From Bacteroidota bacterium (GTDB lineage: Bacteria > Bacteroidota > Bacteroidia > 2-12-FULL-35-15), in NCBI GenBank assembly GCA_947479085.1, contig CANJYB010000005.1, positions 131,135-195,134 on the forward strand: 64,000 nt of DNA. Reading direction: 5' to 3'. The position numbers and the translations under genes were made by a program. Of the stretch, positions 33,441-43,340 are shown piece by piece. A model generated the notes under the pieces. The model was not told the origin of the DNA and made no database searches. It saw nothing but the letters and a program-made list of their open reading frames with translations. Position 1 is the stretch's first letter, and each line of letters opens with the position of its first letter.

Positions 33441-33562
33441 TCTTCAAATTTTATAGTATGATAAATATCATGTTCCCGCCTGATATTCATCATATTTTAT
33501 TTTCTGCATACCCCCCACTTTTGTATCGTTAAATAATCAGTTAAACTTTAAACAAAAAAATT

Positions 33563-33790
33563 ATGAACAAAAGAATTTTTGCATACATACTGATAGGATT
33601 GGTATTTATGTTTCCATTTCGCTACGCAATGTTGGAACCAACATCGTCAAACGTAGTTAACCTTGTTTGCTTTTTAGCAACTGTTTTGGGATTCATCGTG
33701 TTTTTGCTTTTAACCATTACCGATGGTAAAGCAAAACAAACCGAGCAGGTTTCTAAAAATGAACAACAAAATTATAAGCAAGCTGCTTAA
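33563..33790 (+). CDS. Small membrane protein with 2 predicted TM helices, upstream of ccoI
   Basis: ORF with two hydrophobic helices. No motif recognised. Confidence 0.35.
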   Translation: MNKRIFAYILIGLVFMFPFRYAMLEPTSSNVVNLVCFLATVLGFIVFLLLTITDGKAKQTEQVSKNEQQNYKQAA

Positions 33791-33811
33791 TTAAGGTAAA
33801 CAACAAAATGT

Positions 33812-36223
33812 ATGAGATACACTGAATCATCAAAAGGAGTTTTAGGTAAGACAAAGTGTTATCATTGCGGAGAAACGAATATCGGGTTGGTTCGTTTCGA
33901 CAATAAAGATTTTTGTTGCGAAGGATGTAAGTTGGTGTATGAGTTATTGAATGAAAATAACTTATGCACCTATTACTCCTTAAATCACACCCCCGGGAAT
34001 ACCCAAAAGAGTGCCTATTCCGGTAAATTTAATTATTTAGACTATAAAGAGATTGAAAGTGCGTTGCTTGCTTTTTCTGACAATGCTCAATCGCGCATTA
34101 CTTTTTTTATACCCAAGATGCATTGCAGTTCCTGCATCTGGTTGCTGGAGAATCTTCATAAATTAAATCCTGCAGTTATTAGCTCGCAGGTTAATTTCCT
34201 TAAAAAGGAAGCAACCATTACTTATAATCATCCCAACTTAAAATTATCTTCTCTTGTAGAATTGTTGTCGGATATTGGTTATGAACCATTGATAAATCTG
34301 AATGACCTGGAGAATAAAAAAGTAGTTCCAAATAACAGAAAACGAATAATAAAAATAGGTGTAGCCGGATTTTGTTTCGGGAACATTATGATGATGAGTT
34401 TTCCGGAATATTTTTCAGTTGGTAAGTTTTACGACAGGGCAGATTTAAAAACTTTTTTTGGCGTGCTTAATTTATTTCTTTCGTTACCTGTTATTTTTTA
34501 TTCCGCTTCCGAGTTTTTTGTTTCCGCATACAAAAGTATCAAAAGTCGTTACCTCAATATTGATGCGCCTATTGCTATTTCCATTCTTGTCATTTTTATA
34601 AGAAGTATTTACGAAATAGTAAGTGGAGCAGGAGTTGGTTACCTTGATTCGATGACCGGCATTGTTTTTTTTATGCTAATAGGAAGATATTTCCAGGAAA
34701 AAACATACGAAACACTTTCTTTCGAAAGAGATTATAAATCTTATTTTCCTGTTGCAGTTACTGTTACTAAAGATAAAAAAGAATCGAGTATACTGGTAAC
34801 TCAATTAAAAAGAGGAGACAGGATAATTATACGCAATAGCGAAATTATCCCTGCTGACTCGATATTGGTAAGTGAAAGTACCCATATTGATTATAGTTTT
34901 GTTACTGGAGAATCTAAGCCGGTAAAAAAATATGCGGGGGAATTAATCTACGCAGGAGGCAAACAATTGGATGGTGCAATTCAACTGGATACGGAAAAGG
35001 AAGTTTCGCAGAGTTATCTGACAGGGCTTTGGAACAATGACCAACAAAGTCAAGCTCAAAATAAAGAAAGCCAGAACTTCGTTTTAAAAATCAATAAATA
35101 TTTTGTGTTTTCACTTTTAATAGTTGCTGTGGCGGCTTTTGGTTTCTGGGCTTTTGAGGGAGATGCTGGTCGGGGAATTGCGGCAGTTACTTCTGTTTTA
35201 ATTATTGCATGCCCTTGTGCACTATTATTATCGGCCACTTTCACTAATGGAAATATGCTTCGCATTTTCGGCAGAAATAAATTTTACATAAAAAACGCTT
35301 CCGTTATTGAACGCCTCACCGATGTGGATACTATTGTATTTGATAAAACAGGAACCATTACTCATGGATCTTCTGTAAAGTTTGAAGGCAAAGAACTAAA
35401 TGAAGAAGAAATTGCAATTGCAGTTTCCCTTGCTTTTAATTCTTCGCATCCGCTAAGCAGAAAAATTTGTGAAAATTATCCTGAGATAAAAAAGGTAGCG
35501 GTAACTAATTTCAAAGAGATAAAAGGACAAGGAATAAGCGGGATAGTAAATGACAAGATTGTGATGATGGGCTCTCGTTATTTTGTAACGGAGCAAAAGG
35601 AAGAAGCTGGTTCGTCTTCAAGTAAAGTGTATTTATTAATTGATAACAAGGTGAAGGGCTGTTTCAGTATTAATAGTTTTTACAGAAAAGGTATTGTGTC
35701 TATAGCCCAGGAATTGAAAAAGGAATATTCTATCCAGTTGCTTTCAGGAGATAACAATGCAGAAAAAGAAACATTGAAACAATTATTTAATAGTGAAAAC
35801 GATTTGCATTTTAACAAACAACCCGAAGAGAAGTTAGGGTTCATTCGGTCCTTACAGCAAAAGGGACATAATGTAATAATGATAGGCGATGGATTAAATG
35901 ATGCGGGTGCATTAATGCAAAGTAATGTAGGAATAGCTGTTTCGGACGACACCAATAATTTTTCTCCTTCCTGTGATGCTATCCTTGATGGCTCTGCTTT
36001 CGAAAAACTAAAAGTGTTTTTGGATTTTGCAAAAAGCGGAAAGAAAATAATCGTTGCAAGTTTTATAGTTTCTCTTATTTATAATGTGATTGGATTGTCA
36101 TATGCTGTGCAAGGTACATTGTCACCAGTAATAGCGGCCATTCTTATGCCGTTAAGTTCAATTTCAATTGTACTTCTTACCACTATTTCAAGTTCATTAA
36201 TTGCTAAAATAAAAGGATTGTAA
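33812..36223 (+). CDS. ccoI: Copper-translocating P1B-type ATPase for cbb3 oxidase assembly (CcoI/FixI)
   Basis: N-terminal CYHCGE, an HMA-like domain, the CPC motif in a TM helix, the DKTGTIT phosphorylation site and the GDGLNDAGAL hinge. Located at the head of the cco cluster. Confidence 0.85.
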   Translation: MRYTESSKGVLGKTKCYHCGETNIGLVRFDNKDFCCEGCKLVYELLNENNLCTYYSLNHTPGNTQKSAYSGKFNYLDYKEIESALLAFSDNAQSRITFFIPKMHCSSCIWLLENLHKLNPAVISSQVNFLKKEATITYNHPNLKLSSLVELLSDIGYEPLINLNDLENKKVVPNNRKRIIKIGVAGFCFGNIMMMSFPEYFSVGKFYDRADLKTFFGVLNLFLSLPVIFYSASEFFVSAYKSIKSRYLNIDAPIAISILVIFIRSIYEIVSGAGVGYLDSMTGIVFFMLIGRYFQEKTYETLSFERDYKSYFPVAVTVTKDKKESSILVTQLKRGDRIIIRNSEIIPADSILVSESTHIDYSFVTGESKPVKKYAGELIYAGGKQLDGAIQLDTEKEVSQSYLTGLWNNDQQSQAQNKESQNFVLKINKYFVFSLLIVAVAAFGFWAFEGDAGRGIAAVTSVLIIACPCALLLSATFTNGNMLRIFGRNKFYIKNASVIERLTDVDTIVFDKTGTITHGSSVKFEGKELNEEEIAIAVSLAFNSSHPLSRKICENYPEIKKVAVTNFKEIKGQGISGIVNDKIVMMGSRYFVTEQKEEAGSSSSKVYLLIDNKVKGCFSINSFYRKGIVSIAQELKKEYSIQLLSGDNNAEKETLKQLFNSENDLHFNKQPEEKLGFIRSLQQKGHNVIMIGDGLNDAGALMQSNVGIAVSDDTNNFSPSCDAILDGSAFEKLKVFLDFAKSGKKIIVASFIVSLIYNVIGLSYAVQGTLSPVIAAILMPLSSISIVLLTTISSSLIAKIKGL

Positions 36224-36384
36224 AAATGAATGGTGATGTTAATCAACTGAATGTTAGCAAATGTAAAATTAGCGATTGGACAAAAAAAAGAAATATGATT
36301 TCTGTCATATTGCCTTATGATAATGGTCATAGAAAGTCTTACGCACACGGGATAGTTTTGCACCGTAATTAATAAAAAAAGGGA

Positions 36385-36597
36385 ATGGGAGTTTTATTCA
36401 TATTGATAGGAGCAAGTATACTGGTAGCGTTAGGATTTCTGATTGCGTTTATCTGGAGTGTTAGAAGTGGACAATTTGAAGATGACTATACTCCTTCGGT
36501 AAGAATCCTTTTTGATAATGAAATTGACACAGCAAATAATAAAGGACAAACAACAATAAAAGAAATTTCAAAACTATCAAAAACAACAAATAAATAA
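36385..36597 (+). CDS. ccoS: cbb3 oxidase maturation protein CcoS/FixS
   Basis: 70 aa with a single TM helix and the FIWSVRSGQFEDDYTP motif. Confidence 0.75.
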   Translation: MGVLFILIGASILVALGFLIAFIWSVRSGQFEDDYTPSVRILFDNEIDTANNKGQTTIKEISKLSKTTNK

Positions 36598-36618
36598 CAA
36601 ATAATAAATAATAGGATT

Positions 36619-38757
36619 ATGGAAATAGAAAAATTTCAATACGACAATAAAATTGTAAAACAATTTGCCTACGCTACAATTTTGTGGGGATTAGTAGGAA
36701 TGCTGGTAGGGTTGTGGGTGTCGTTGCAACTTATTTATCCCACATTGAATATTCTGCCGCAGACATCATTTGGAAGGTTAAGACCATTGCACACCAATGC
36801 AGTAATTTTTGCATTTGTTGGTAACGGAATTTTTATGGGAGTTTATTATTCATTACAGCGTTTGTGTAAAGCCCGTATGTTCAGTGATAAATTAAGTAAG
36901 ATTCACTTTTGGGGATGGCAATTAATTATTGTGGCTGCAGCCCTTACTTTGCCATTTGGTATTACCACCGGTAAAGAATATGCAGAACTAGAGTGGCCAA
37001 TTGATATTGCTATAGCTGCAATATGGGTAGTGTTTGGATGGAACATGTTTGGAACAATTTTGAAACGCAGAGAGCGCCATTTATATGTTGCTATCTGGTT
37101 TTACATTGCCACATTTGTTACCGTAGCAGTATTGCATATAGTTAACTCCATTGAACTTCCGGTTTCATTTTTAAAAAGCTATCCTGTTTATGCAGGAGTT
37201 CAGGATGCCTTGGTACAATGGTGGTACGGACATAATGCAGTTGCATTTTTCTTAACCACACCTTACCTGGGATTGATGTATTATTTTATTCCTAAAATAG
37301 CAGACCGTCCGGTTTATTCATATCGTTTATCAATCATCCACTTTTGGGCATTGATATTCCTTTATATCTGGGCTGGTCCTCACCATTTGTTATATACTGC
37401 TTTGCCTGATTGGGCTCAATCAATTGGTGTTGCCTTTTCAGTTATGTTAATTGCACCATCATGGGGTGGTATGATTAACGGGTTATTAACGCTTCGCGGT
37501 GCATGGGATAAAGTAAGAGAAAGTGTAGTGTTAAAATTTATGGTGGTTGCCGTAACAGCTTATGGTATGGCCACTTTTGAAGGACCAATGCTTTCTGTAA
37601 AGAAGGTAAACTCAATTGCTCACTTTACAGATTGGATTGTTGCTCACGTTCACGTTGGCGCTTTGGGCTGGAATGGATTCTTAACCTTTGGTGTTTTGTA
37701 TTGGTTAATACCGAAAATATTCCGCACTGAATTATGGTCAACCAAATTGGCAAACTGGCATTTCTGGTTAGGTTCATTGGGAATCCTGTTTTATGCCATA
37801 CCAATGTATTGGGCAGGATTTACACAATATTTGATGTGGCAGGAATTTACGCCAGCAGGTTACCTGAAATATCCAAACTTCCTGGAAACTGTAACACAGT
37901 TGCGCCCGATGTATATGATGCGTTCTCTCGGAGGAACAATGTATTTGGTTGGATTTATAATGATGGCTTATAATTTAATTAAAACAATTAAAGTTGGAAA
38001 TCTGCTTGAAAATGAAGATGCCGAAGCACCGGCATTACAAAAGGTATACGTTAAGCATGCAGGAGATCATTGGCATAGAGTAATTGAACGTAAACCAATT
38101 CAATTGATGTTGCTTGCTTTGGTAGTGATACTTATTGGAGGGTTAGTGGAAATGGTACCTACCTTCCTCATAAAATCAAATATACCAACCATATCAAGTG
38201 TTAAACCTTATTCTCCGCTTGAATTGCAGGGAAGAGATATTTACATAAGAGAAGGTTGTTATTTATGCCACTCACAAATGGTTCGTCCTTTACGTTTTGA
38301 AACAGAGCGTTACGGTGAGTATTCAAAAGCAGGAGAATTTGTATATGATCATCCATTTCAGTGGGGGTCTAAACGGACAGGACCTGATTTGGCCCGCGTA
38401 GGAGGAAAATATCCTAACTCATGGCATTACAACCACATGATGGACCCTACCACCATGTCACCGGGTTCCATTATGCCAACTTATCCGTTCCTATTGGATA
38501 ATGCCATAGATACAGCAAGTACACCGGCAAAGATCAGAGGTATGATGAAGCTTGGAGTTCCATATCCTGAAGGGTATGATAAAATAGCTAACAGAGATTT
38601 GATGGCTCAGGCTACTTTAATTGCTGATAATTTAAAGACAGATAAAATAGAAACACTTAACGACAGAGAGATAGTTGCTTTGATTGCCTACCTGCAAAAA
38701 TTAGGAAGAGATTTAAAAGTATATCATTTAATTAACGACAAAAAACCACAGCCATGA
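36619..38757 (+). CDS. ccoNO: cbb3-type cytochrome c oxidase subunits I and II, fused (CcoNO)
   Basis: 712 aa. The heme-copper oxidase subunit I core is followed by a CcoO-like C-terminus carrying the CYLCHSQ heme-c site. Confidence 0.9.
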   Translation: MEIEKFQYDNKIVKQFAYATILWGLVGMLVGLWVSLQLIYPTLNILPQTSFGRLRPLHTNAVIFAFVGNGIFMGVYYSLQRLCKARMFSDKLSKIHFWGWQLIIVAAALTLPFGITTGKEYAELEWPIDIAIAAIWVVFGWNMFGTILKRRERHLYVAIWFYIATFVTVAVLHIVNSIELPVSFLKSYPVYAGVQDALVQWWYGHNAVAFFLTTPYLGLMYYFIPKIADRPVYSYRLSIIHFWALIFLYIWAGPHHLLYTALPDWAQSIGVAFSVMLIAPSWGGMINGLLTLRGAWDKVRESVVLKFMVVAVTAYGMATFEGPMLSVKKVNSIAHFTDWIVAHVHVGALGWNGFLTFGVLYWLIPKIFRTELWSTKLANWHFWLGSLGILFYAIPMYWAGFTQYLMWQEFTPAGYLKYPNFLETVTQLRPMYMMRSLGGTMYLVGFIMMAYNLIKTIKVGNLLENEDAEAPALQKVYVKHAGDHWHRVIERKPIQLMLLALVVILIGGLVEMVPTFLIKSNIPTISSVKPYSPLELQGRDIYIREGCYLCHSQMVRPLRFETERYGEYSKAGEFVYDHPFQWGSKRTGPDLARVGGKYPNSWHYNHMMDPTTMSPGSIMPTYPFLLDNAIDTASTPAKIRGMMKLGVPYPEGYDKIANRDLMAQATLIADNLKTDKIETLNDREIVALIAYLQKLGRDLKVYHLINDKKPQP

Positions 38758-38936
38758 AATTTATAAATTATTTGCAATCAATAGCGGGAGTTGGAGTTTT
38801 CCCGATGATAGGATTAACCATTTTCTTTACTTTTTTTATTGTTCTTGTTATCTGGGCATTAAGAGTAAACAAAGATTATATCAATAACATGAAAAACATT
38901 CCATTGGAAAAAGGAAAAGAAACAACAACTCTTTAA
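38754..38936 (+). CDS. ccoQ: CcoQ-like small subunit of cbb3 oxidase
   Basis: 60 aa with a single TM helix. It overlaps the ccoNO stop. Assigned by position. Confidence 0.5.
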   Translation: MKFINYLQSIAGVGVFPMIGLTIFFTFFIVLVIWALRVNKDYINNMKNIPLEKGKETTTL

Positions 38937-38946
38937 ATCAATTATT

Positions 38947-40161
38947 ATGAAAAAGATAAATATCAAAAAAAGTTCACCATATCGAGGAATGGGATTAAAA
39001 CACATATTTACCGGAATAGCTTTATTGACTTGTTTAGGTTCATTTGCGCAGGAAGCAAAACCTGTTGTAACTCAGGAAACGTTATGGTTGTTTTCAAACG
39101 GTTTGTTTAACACGTTATTGGGTGTAATCGTCCTGTTATTGATTATCATATCCGTTCTGGGAGGGGTATTAAAAAATGTTGCGCGGTTTTCGTCAGACAG
39201 AAAACGCAATACAGGCGGAACAGCTGCAGGTATTATTGCTTTTATAGTTTTGATTTCTTCTTCTCAGAAATCAGTTGCGCAAACAACTGCTGCAGTTGCA
39301 TCCACCGGAAGTAATTATATGGGATTAGGAGCAGGAATGTTTTTCCTGATGATTGCCTTAATTGTTTTGGAGCTGATTATTATTGCAGTATTAATAGGTA
39401 TGATTCAAATGTTTGTGAAAAAAGAAATGGCAGCAGCGGCTTATGTGGCAGCTAAAAAGGCTGAACCTACTTTTATGGATCGGATAAGTGCAGCAGTGCC
39501 TGTGGAGAAGGAAGCGGATATTATGCTTGACCATAATTACGATGGTATCCGCGAATTGGATAATGATTTACCTCCATGGTGGAAATATGGTTTTTATGTT
39601 ACCATAATTTTTGCTGTTGTATATTTAGTCAATCATCATATTACAAAAACAAGTGATTTGCAAATTGCCATGTATGAAAAATCGATGGAAGAAGGACGCA
39701 TTGCTAAGGAAGAATTCCAGAAGAAAGATGCAAATAATGTAACAGAGAATACTGTGAAATTGTATACAGATAAAACCCACCTGGATGAAGCTTTCAGTTT
39801 GTTTAAAGATAATTGTGCAGTATGTCATGGAAAATTAGGTGAGGGAGGAGTTGGTCCAAACCTTACTGATGTGTATTGGATACATGGCGGAAGTTTAAAA
39901 GATATTTTCCATACTATTACAAATGGATGGCCTGATAAAGGGATGAAATCGTGGCAGGCAGATTTTTCTCCTCTAAAAATAGATGAGCTTGCGAGTTATA
40001 TCAAATCGTTGAGTGGAACCAATCCTCCAAATGGAAAAGCACCACAAGGGGATGTATATAAAGAAGAAGGGGCAGTAGTGAGCAGTGACTCAACCAAAAC
40101 AGATAGTACAAAAGTAATTGCTCCGGCAATTGACAGCGTTAAAGTCGGGAAGAAAAAATAA
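38947..40161 (+). CDS. ccoP: cbb3 oxidase subunit III (CcoP), apparently a monoheme variant
   Basis: TM helices followed by a cytochrome c domain. Only one CxxCH (CAVCH) is visible. Confidence 0.75.
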   Translation: MKKINIKKSSPYRGMGLKHIFTGIALLTCLGSFAQEAKPVVTQETLWLFSNGLFNTLLGVIVLLLIIISVLGGVLKNVARFSSDRKRNTGGTAAGIIAFIVLISSSQKSVAQTTAAVASTGSNYMGLGAGMFFLMIALIVLELIIIAVLIGMIQMFVKKEMAAAAYVAAKKAEPTFMDRISAAVPVEKEADIMLDHNYDGIRELDNDLPPWWKYGFYVTIIFAVVYLVNHHITKTSDLQIAMYEKSMEEGRIAKEEFQKKDANNVTENTVKLYTDKTHLDEAFSLFKDNCAVCHGKLGEGGVGPNLTDVYWIHGGSLKDIFHTITNGWPDKGMKSWQADFSPLKIDELASYIKSLSGTNPPNGKAPQGDVYKEEGAVVSSDSTKTDSTKVIAPAIDSVKVGKKK

Positions 40162-40163
40162 AA

Positions 40164-41573
40164 ATGGAAAACAAGGAAGATGGGAAGGATGATTCTTTTA
40201 GGGATTCGATAGCAACAATAAAAGATGGAAAACGTGCTTGGATATATGCTCAGAAACCTAAAGGTAAATTATATAATAAGAGAACTTATTTAAGTCTTGC
40301 TTACTTAATTATATTTTTCGCTCTTCCTTTTGTTAAAGTTGCAGGTGAACCGTTCTTTCTCATAGATATTCCTGATAGGAAATTCATTTTATTCAGTGCT
40401 ATATTCTGGCCACAGGATACGTTTATCTTTGTGCTGGGTATGCTTACCTTTATAGTATTTATTATACTCTTTACGGTGGTCTTTGGGAGATTGTTTTGCG
40501 GATGGGCTTGCCCGCAAACTATTTTTATGGAAATGGTTTTCCGGAAAATTGAATACTGGATTGAAGGGGATGCAAGTCATCAAAAGGCTTTAAACAAACA
40601 ACCCTGGAATACAGAAAAGGTAATTAAGAAAACCTCTAAGATTTCTGCCTTCTTTTTAGTTTCTTTCATTATAGCAAATACTTTTCTTGCTTATATAATA
40701 AGTATGGACTCGGTTTTGGCTTTGTACACTGAAGGGTTAGCTAAAAATTCCGGAACATTTATAGCCCTGTTAATATTTACTTCTATTTTCTTTTTTGTTT
40801 ATCTCTGGTTCAGGGAGCAGGTTTGCCTGGTGGTTTGTCCTTACGGAAGGTTGCAGGGAGTACTTCTTGACAGGAATTCAATTATTGTAGCGTATGATTA
40901 TATACGAGGAGAATCAAGAGCGAAATTTAAAAAGAATGAGGTTAGGACAAGTGGCGATTGTATCGATTGTGCACAATGTGTGAAGGTGTGTCCTACCGGA
41001 ATTGACATAAGAAACGGGACACAGTTGGAATGTATTAATTGCACCGCATGTATTGATGTGTGTAATCACATGATGGATAGTGTTGGGTTACCACAAGGAT
41101 TAATTCGTTTTGATTCTGAAAATGGAATTGCAAACAAACAAAAACTTAAACTGACCGGAAGAATAAAAGCTTATTCTGTGGTATTGCTTTTATTGATTGG
41201 TGTATTGGTAACACTGCTGGTGAGCAGGGATGATGTGGCAACAACCATTTTGAGAACTCCCGGATTACTGTTCCAGGAACAACCGAATAACCAGATCAGT
41301 AATTTGTATAATATTAAGATGGTAAATAAAACCCATAGTAAATTGCCAATTACCTTAAAACTGGAATCGGAGTCAGGAGAAATAAAAATGGTGGGAAATG
41401 AAATAATAAATGTGGAGAAGGAAAGTGTGGCCAGTTCGGAGTTCTTTATTTATGTGAACAGGGCAGAGATTACCAAGAGGAAAACAAAATTTAAAGTAGG
41501 CTTGTATTCGGAAGGGAAAAAAATAGCGACTGTGGAAACTAGTTTCCTTGGGCCGATTACAGTGAAAAGATAA
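40164..41573 (+). CDS. ccoG: cbb3 oxidase accessory 4Fe-4S protein CcoG/FixG
   Basis: CGWACPQ and two ferredoxin-type Cys clusters (CIDCAQCVKVCP, CINCTACIDVC). Confidence 0.85.
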   Translation: MENKEDGKDDSFRDSIATIKDGKRAWIYAQKPKGKLYNKRTYLSLAYLIIFFALPFVKVAGEPFFLIDIPDRKFILFSAIFWPQDTFIFVLGMLTFIVFIILFTVVFGRLFCGWACPQTIFMEMVFRKIEYWIEGDASHQKALNKQPWNTEKVIKKTSKISAFFLVSFIIANTFLAYIISMDSVLALYTEGLAKNSGTFIALLIFTSIFFFVYLWFREQVCLVVCPYGRLQGVLLDRNSIIVAYDYIRGESRAKFKKNEVRTSGDCIDCAQCVKVCPTGIDIRNGTQLECINCTACIDVCNHMMDSVGLPQGLIRFDSENGIANKQKLKLTGRIKAYSVVLLLLIGVLVTLLVSRDDVATTILRTPGLLFQEQPNNQISNLYNIKMVNKTHSKLPITLKLESESGEIKMVGNEIINVEKESVASSEFFIYVNRAEITKRKTKFKVGLYSEGKKIATVETSFLGPITVKR

Positions 41574-41721
41574 GATGCCGGAGGTATCGCATATTTATAG
41601 AATAGATTAATATTGAATATTCGACCCCGAAGGGGTCGCACCAATTCTGGCAATTATATTTCTATAAACATTTGAACCCTATGGGTTCATGAGTTAAAGC
41701 AAATTAATAAAACAAAACAAC

Positions 41722-42168
41722 ATGTTAAAAATAAGCTGGGGAACAAAAATAGCTGCACTGTATATCGGTTTTGTAGGCCTGATAGTAGTGATGGTGGTAA
41801 TGAGTATGCACCAAAGGATTGATTTGGTAAGTGATGACTATTATGATAAGGAACTGGTGTTCCAGGATAAAATAAATGAAATGAGTAATACTAATCTATT
41901 GTCAGGAAATATTACACATAGTATTACAGATACTGATATTGAATTGCAATTTCAGCCGGAGTTTAAAGCGAAGAAAGTAACAGGAGAGATTTTGTTTTTC
42001 TGTCCGAGCAATGCTTCAAAAGATTTTAAAACAACTGTGGCGTTGGATGAAAATGCTTCGCAAAAGGTTAGTTTAAAAGGGCTGAGCAAGGGGATGTATA
42101 AAATGCAAATCTCGTGGAAGGATGAGGTGAAAGCTTATTTTGCAGAGGAAACAATAGTGATACCTTAA
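41722..42168 (+). CDS. ccoH: FixH/CcoH-family protein
   Basis: 148 aa with an N-terminal TM helix. Assigned by position after ccoG and by size. Confidence 0.65.
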   Translation: MLKISWGTKIAALYIGFVGLIVVMVVMSMHQRIDLVSDDYYDKELVFQDKINEMSNTNLLSGNITHSITDTDIELQFQPEFKAKKVTGEILFFCPSNASKDFKTTVALDENASQKVSLKGLSKGMYKMQISWKDEVKAYFAEETIVIP

Positions 42169-42882
42169 GTGATGAATATTTTTTGGACGGCCATAACATT
42201 AGGTTTTGTTGGGAGTTTTCACTGTGTGGGAATGTGTGGTCCCATTGCGCTTGCTTTGCCGTTAAATCAAAATTCAATTTGGTCAAAGATAACGGGAGTG
42301 TTGTTTTACAACTTCGGGAGAATGTTTACCTACGCAATGTTTGGCGCATTGTTCGGATTGGTGGGGCAGAGTTTTGTAATTGCAGGTTATCAGCAGGCCT
42401 TATCCATAACCCTTGGAGTGGCTATTTTGATAATGGTTTTGTTACCGAACCAATGGGTGGCAAGATTCAGAATTACTTCTTCCATTTATTCTTTTATCGG
42501 AAAAATAAAACAACAGTTGGGTTCTTTATTTAAAAAGAAAAGTTATTCTTCTTTGTTTTTCATCGGAACGTTAAATGGTTTGTTGCCATGCGGACTGGTG
42601 TATCTGGGGATAGCTGGAGCAATAGCCACCGGAAGCAGTTTACAGGGAAGTATGTTTATGGCATTGTTTGCCTTCGGAACTTTTCCGGCAATGGTTGTAT
42701 TGTCCTTGTTAGGAAATTCCCTCAGTATTAATTTCAGAAATAAAATAAGAAAAGCTGTTCCTTTATTTGTTTCCATGATGGCGGTGTTACTTATACTTCG
42801 CGGAATGAATCTTGGGATTCCTTACGTAAGCCCACAGATGTCGGCAAGTAAGGCAGTATGCGATAAATGTTGTCATAAATAA
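42169..42882 (+). CDS. DsbD_2 / TauE-SafE-like membrane protein with an HCxxMCGP motif
   Basis: 237 aa polytopic protein with SFHCVGMCGP near the N-terminus and a C-terminal CDKCCH. Confidence 0.55.
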   Translation: MMNIFWTAITLGFVGSFHCVGMCGPIALALPLNQNSIWSKITGVLFYNFGRMFTYAMFGALFGLVGQSFVIAGYQQALSITLGVAILIMVLLPNQWVARFRITSSIYSFIGKIKQQLGSLFKKKSYSSLFFIGTLNGLLPCGLVYLGIAGAIATGSSLQGSMFMALFAFGTFPAMVVLSLLGNSLSINFRNKIRKAVPLFVSMMAVLLILRGMNLGIPYVSPQMSASKAVCDKCCHK

Positions 42883-42887
42883 AAAGC

Positions 42888-43340
42888 ATGAGCATTATCA
42901 GGATAACCAAGGAGTTTAATTTTGAAATGGCGCATGCTCTTTTTGGTTATGATGGTGCCTGCAAAAATATTCACGGACATTCGTATCAACTTTCGGTAAC
43001 TATAAAAGGAACACCTATAGTGGATGAAAAAAATGTGAAGCTGGGAATGGTGATGGACTTTAATGAATTAAAAGCAATAGTGAAACCCATTATTGATGAG
43101 CTGGACCATGCAACCATGCTGAATACCAATTCCCCTCATAAACAACTTGCAGAAAAAAATTTATTGTTTGAAAAACTGGTATTGGTAAATTACCAACCTA
43201 CATGTGAAAACATGTTGATTGACATGGCAGATTATATTTTGGTGCGCCTGCCCGACCATATAAAACTGCACCACCTGCGATTGCAGGAAACTCCAACTTC
43301 TTATGCAGAATGGTTTGCAGAAGACAATTCTGCTTTGTAA
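42888..43340 (+). CDS. queD: 6-carboxy-5,6,7,8-tetrahydropterin synthase (PTPS family)
   Basis: The CxxxHGH zinc motif (CKNIHGHSY) and overall PTPS pattern. Confidence 0.8.
   Translation: MSIIRITKEFNFEMAHALFGYDGACKNIHGHSYQLSVTIKGTPIVDEKNVKLGMVMDFNELKAIVKPIIDELDHATMLNTNSPHKQLAEKNLLFEKLVLVNYQPTCENMLIDMADYILVRLPDHIKLHHLRLQETPTSYAEWFAEDNSAL

Noticed and set aside
36079-36363. 94-aa - strand ORF overlapping the ccoI 3' end
   Set aside because: It is antisense to the ccoI C-terminus and the ccoS promoter region, with no features.
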